DNA of 64,000 nt, taken from contig OZ287704.1 of the NCBI GenBank assembly GCA_965649825.1, forward strand, positions 360,101-424,100, in the 5' to 3' direction. This document shows positions 59,902 through 64,000 of this stretch, piece by piece. The notes below the pieces were generated by a model that was not told the DNA's origin, did not search any database, and saw nothing but the letters and a program-made list of their open reading frames with translations. Each line of letters opens with the position of its first letter. The stretch's first letter is position 1. The stretch comes from Penicillus capitatus (taxonomy: Eukaryota; Plantae; Chlorophyta). A program made the translations under genes and the position numbers.

Positions 59902-61438
59902 CTATTGCTGTGAGCACTGCATTCTTCGGTGAGGAGGCCCTTGCTCCATAGAATCATCCGAATCGTAAGCCATTCCATTTTGTCTTCCAAATCGTTCGCG
60001 TTCTCTCAACTCCTCTTCCAAATCGTGGACATCTCTCAGGGCGGGAACATCGTCGTCTGCTTTCGCGTCGGGCAGCGCGACTGGCCGATGTCCCAAGGCA
60101 GAACGAATGGTGGCTTGTTGTTGAGGAGAAATGCTCTCGGGGTACTCCACTTCAAAAGAGATGTAGAGATTGCCTTTGAGGGATGGCTGTCCGTGGACGG
60201 GCATTCCTTCGCCCACGACGCATTTGACTTGACCTGGTCGGATGATCTCGCCTGGCTGCGACTGAATCTGCAGCTGACGATCATCCAGATGCTTTACGGC
60301 GAAATCCACACCACACAGCGATTCACACAGACTGATGCGTTTACGCAACAGCAAATCTGAATTCCGCCTCGTAAATCTGGCATGCTTTTCGGAACGGACC
60401 GTCACAATAACATCCCCTAAACCCGGCACTCCACTCTTGGCTCATCACAAGAGGTGTTTCGCACCTGGTTGCATCAGTGGGTTGCTGCAGGATGCCTCAC
60501 CGGCGTACGTAATTTTGTGGTTCTCGTACATTCCCTGTTCATTGGCTGTCTTTGTTTCTGTTTAAACGCGGATGAAAGGCACCTGTTCAATGTAGACATC
60601 CAATGTCTTGTTCTCTTCCACTTCTCCAGCACCGCAGCACGTCTTGCAGTAGTGTATGGGATTAGAGTCGAGACCAGAACCACCACATGTATCGCAGGTA
60701 TTCTGAATCTCTTGGATGACGTTGGCGTAGCGCATGACCATCACTTTGATACCGCGGCCATGACATTCCTGACACGAATGCCGCACAGCTCCCTTGAATC
60801 CCGTCCCTTGACATTGAACACAGCTCCGTTTTCGCACAAATGGCACACGTCTATACAAACAAACCCTCAAGACGCTCACACTCTTGGCACTCTTAGTCAC
60901 CGCGAGGCACCGTTATAGATATCTTCCAGAGAGACGTGAATGGAATGCACCATGTTCTTGCTTTTTTGTTTTGTCCCTGGTGCCCTGCCGCGGGATGACC
61001 GCATGTGTCGATTTCCACACAGTCCCATCAGTTCATCAAACAAGTCATCCACTGTTCCGGATCCCTCGCTTGGCATTTCCATTCCCTCCAGCACACCTTC
61101 ATCTCCCACCTGATCATATCGACGGCGTTTCTGCTCGTCCTTTAGAACTTCATAGGCCTCACGAATCTCCCTAAACTTTTCCGGGTCGCCTCCTGAAATG
61201 GAAGAGTGCAGAGAGAACGGCAGTCGGACGGCGAACCTTTGTCAGGGTGCACTCGCATGGCGAGTTGGTTGAACGCCTTACGTATCTGAGCGGGTGTGGC
61301 TTCACGAGAAATCCCTAATGTGTCGTAGTGCTTGAATGTTGGCGGGTTGTGTCTCGGCCTCCGATGCGAAAAAGCACCGAACTCGCCGAAGTCATCGAAC
61401 GCCGAGGAAAACGGAAATCCTCCAAAGCCAGTGAACAT
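59902..61438 (-). CDS. Cytosolic type I DnaJ (DNAJA / plant J2-J3-like), farnesylated, multi-exon
   Basis: J domain with HPDKG, four CxxCxGxG motifs, GEGMP, C-terminal CaaX-type CSQQ. Confidence 0.93.
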
Positions 61439-61703
61439 TATTTCGCTTAGCTTAGCAGAATGGAGTCGACAATCCGTCAGAGTACGGCAGGGGGAAACTT
61501 CGAGAAGTAAAGAAGAAGAATCCAGTCAGCACGTCCCATCAACAAGGAGAAGGCGTCTCCATCCAACACTCGTTTCAGTTTCTCACTCAACCGTTTAACG
61601 TCAGAAGACTTACTAAAAGACCAAACTGAAAAACGCGACGGAGTAAGAAGAGGCTTTTTTCTCGATCTTTGTTTCTGAACACACTCGCTCCTGCGGGATT
61701 GAC

Positions 61704-63469
61704 ATGAATCTTGCTGCCATGTTTGGCTACCGCGCCGTCATTTTCCTATGCCTTTTTCTCGCCGACCATGGAGGAACGATTTCACTCATCAGAGCAGCGA
61801 TTGAAGAAAGGCACTCGATAGAGGGATACGTCAGCGATGCGGCTCACGAGTCGCAGATTTCACATTCGCCTTTGGTTACGTTCGTCAACGTATACGGCCG
61901 TCATGTCTGTGAGGGGACACTTGTGACGCCGTTTAACGTCCTGACAGCTGCTTCTTGCGTCGATGCCAGTGTAACCGGCTTCGACCCATCTCATCTATCT
62001 GTCATTATTGCTACCGGGGAAGGCAGCGCCCTGACTGCGGTTGGTGAAGGTATCCTCTGTACCGAATATGACTGAGGAGTGAGGTTCATTTCTCAGAGGC
62101 CAGAATCGGCATCTCTCGAGTCGACATCCATGAGGCATACAGAAACGGAAAGGGATACAAGGCACAGTACGATGTTGCCTTTGTCGAGCTGAAGGAACCC
62201 GTGACGGAAACCGTCACATCATCACTCATCCCCGAATCGCCAGCCGGGTGCAGCGAAATGGACTTCGCTGGTGTGGCTGTGCACCGAGGACGGACGGTGG
62301 CAAAAGGGATTGGTGCATTTTTCGGCACGCACGGTCTCTCACGCGAAATCATTCAGAAATGCACAGCACGCCGAGAGACGTTCGTCTAAATATTCAGCCG
62401 TGTCACATCGTTGGATGATGGAAGATGATGTACCTAGGAGTAACGATGGGGATTGGGAGGAGATAAGCATCTGTGCTTTTGCCAGCGGTGAACAGCGCTT
62501 CAGAGATCTTGGCCGCGGCATTTTCTGTTCGCAGGGAATCGGAAAGCCTCCTCTTCTTGTTGGTCTTGTCACCAAGATGGCAGATAAATCGAATGGCAAT
62601 CGATTCCCAATCTCCATCAACATCCCATCTGCTTTCCTAACCGTTGGTGCGAACGCGGAGTCGAAGCTAAGTCCACGTTTTATGACTGGCGTTGATGCTG
62701 AACAAGGCACTTTCCCGTATGCTGTTTCGGTTTGGCCAACTGGCGTGCTTCATTTCTGCAATGGTGCACTCATCAGTTCCAAACACGTGCTGACTGTCGC
62801 ATCATGCGTCGAAAGAGCTTACCGCTCCCCATCCAAAGTCATTTGTAAGATCGGCGATATCCACAACCATGATGAAGACAGAGGTCCTGATGCCGAGTCC
62901 CTAACGGCATCCAAGATCACGATGTCTCCTCGACAAGGTCGCAAGAAAGGCAAACTCGCCATCATTGCCCTGGAGACAGAATCCAAAAAAGATCCGCTTC
63001 TGCTGCCCGAAGCAGGTCAGCTAAAAAAATCTACGCATGATGCAATCGTATATTCGTTCGTGCAGGTGCCGATCACTGCAAGGATGGACTCAACGCATCC
63101 GTTTATGGCTGGGGACCGACGACTCCTGGCAGAGAGTATTCAGAGACCCTCCAGCGAGGAACGGTCATTTGCTCCAATCACGATACCTGCATTGACAAGT
63201 ATCCTTTCAAAACCGTAAAGCTTGGAGATGACGAGATCTGTTCCTACAATTCAAAAGCTGGAGCATCCATCTGTAACCGAGATGACGGTACGGGAATGGT
63301 GCTCCTGGGCGACAACGCCACTGATTGGAGCGACGATACACTCATCGGAATGGCTGGAAGCAGTACCAAGAAAACGGACTGTGCCAAATTCCCTTCCAAA
63401 TACATTAACATCGTGCCGCACTTAGAATGGATCCAAAGCGTCTTGGCGACGAAGAAGGGGACGGAATGA
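61704..63469 (+). CDS. Secreted protein with two catalytically inactive trypsin-like (S1) domains, multi-exon
   Basis: Signal peptide. Domain 1: CEGTLVTPFNVLTAASC, YDVAFVEL, RDLGRGIFC. Domain 2: CNGALISSKHVLTVASC, CNRDDGTGMV, KYINIVPHLEWIQS. Confidence 0.78.
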
Positions 63470-63586
63470 ACGACTAGAGGGAACAATGATGTTGTCCATT
63501 TATTGCGTTACATGCTTTGGGATGTCGAGCGTTCACGATTCCGCTGTCGCCGCTGAGGTTAGCGTCCACGTTGCGTGCGTTCGTTG

Positions 63587-64000
63587 ATGGACAACGTTGC
63601 CGAATCCCGCGCACCGCCTGTCGTTTCGTGCGCTGCGTCGTCGCCGACTGTCGTTTTTCTTTTGAGGAGGAAACTCCGACAGCGAAGGAAGAAGATACGG
63701 AAGAGACGCATGTTGCCGCTTCGGATGAAAAAGAACGCAGTCCTTCGCCTCAACGTTCGAACAACGACAGTCCTCGTGGCAAAGAGCCGCTTGAAAAGTA
63801 CGGCGCCATAGGGTCGCGATGATCGCATTCCGATGGCGATTTGATGCAGGAGTCCTGCGGTGGAATTGGATCCAGAGTCTGATGATCCCATGAAAATGCC
63901 GCCTCACGGAACAGAAGTGTGAGAAGTGTGATAGGGCGCGTCGAAAGGGGATGGTGTGTGTTAGGTGTATGTCGGAGGCATCACAAAGAGCGCAACCGAT
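63587..64000 (+). CDS. Possible 5' part of an acidic hypothetical protein that runs out of the window
   Basis: ATG GAC AAC at 63587 and protein-like acidic segments (EEETPTAKEEDTEETH..., ELDPESDDPMKMPP) separated by intron-like gaps. No family recognised. Confidence 0.25.

Overview
Gene-dense, intron-rich eukaryotic nuclear DNA in the standard genetic code, with short introns (about 45-65 nt). The gene content (organellar GluRS, plastid-type Era and S13, 2Fe-2S ferredoxin, CASTOR/POLLUX channel, photolyase-hydrolase fusion) points to a green alga; this assignment is an inference. About 30 genes can be supported: PLAA/DOA1, GluRS, Sec62, PCH2, CASTOR/POLLUX, a STRA6-like membrane protein, a geranylgeranyl-reductase-family enzyme, S13, DnaJ-thioredoxin, Aurora kinase, a TPR-like protein, an ARIADNE E3, photolyase-hydrolase, an MFS transporter, a BTB protein, two double-domain cathepsin Z-like genes, a ZNHIT3-like gene, SKP1, an RFC subunit, Era, ferredoxin, a large orphan membrane protein, two paralogous small secreted 8-Cys proteins, GPR107, LEO1, Rab7, DNAJA and a double pseudo-trypsin. 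A decayed Penelope-like reverse transcriptase relic and a 29-bp minisatellite are also present. The most notable observations are: (1) a STRA6 (retinol-uptake receptor)-like protein in an alga, between a CASTOR/POLLUX channel with a non-canonical pore filter and a prenyl reductase; (2) a mirror-image pair of two-domain cathepsin Z genes (active+dead, dead+active); (3) a secreted protein with two catalytically dead trypsin domains; (4) extreme compaction, with head-to-head ATGs 12-46 nt apart, overlapping 3' CDS ends and polycistron-like runs; (5) very GATC/ATCGAT-dense intergenic tracts. Exon boundaries and starts were inferred by eye. No database searches were run, so all family assignments rest on recalled motifs.
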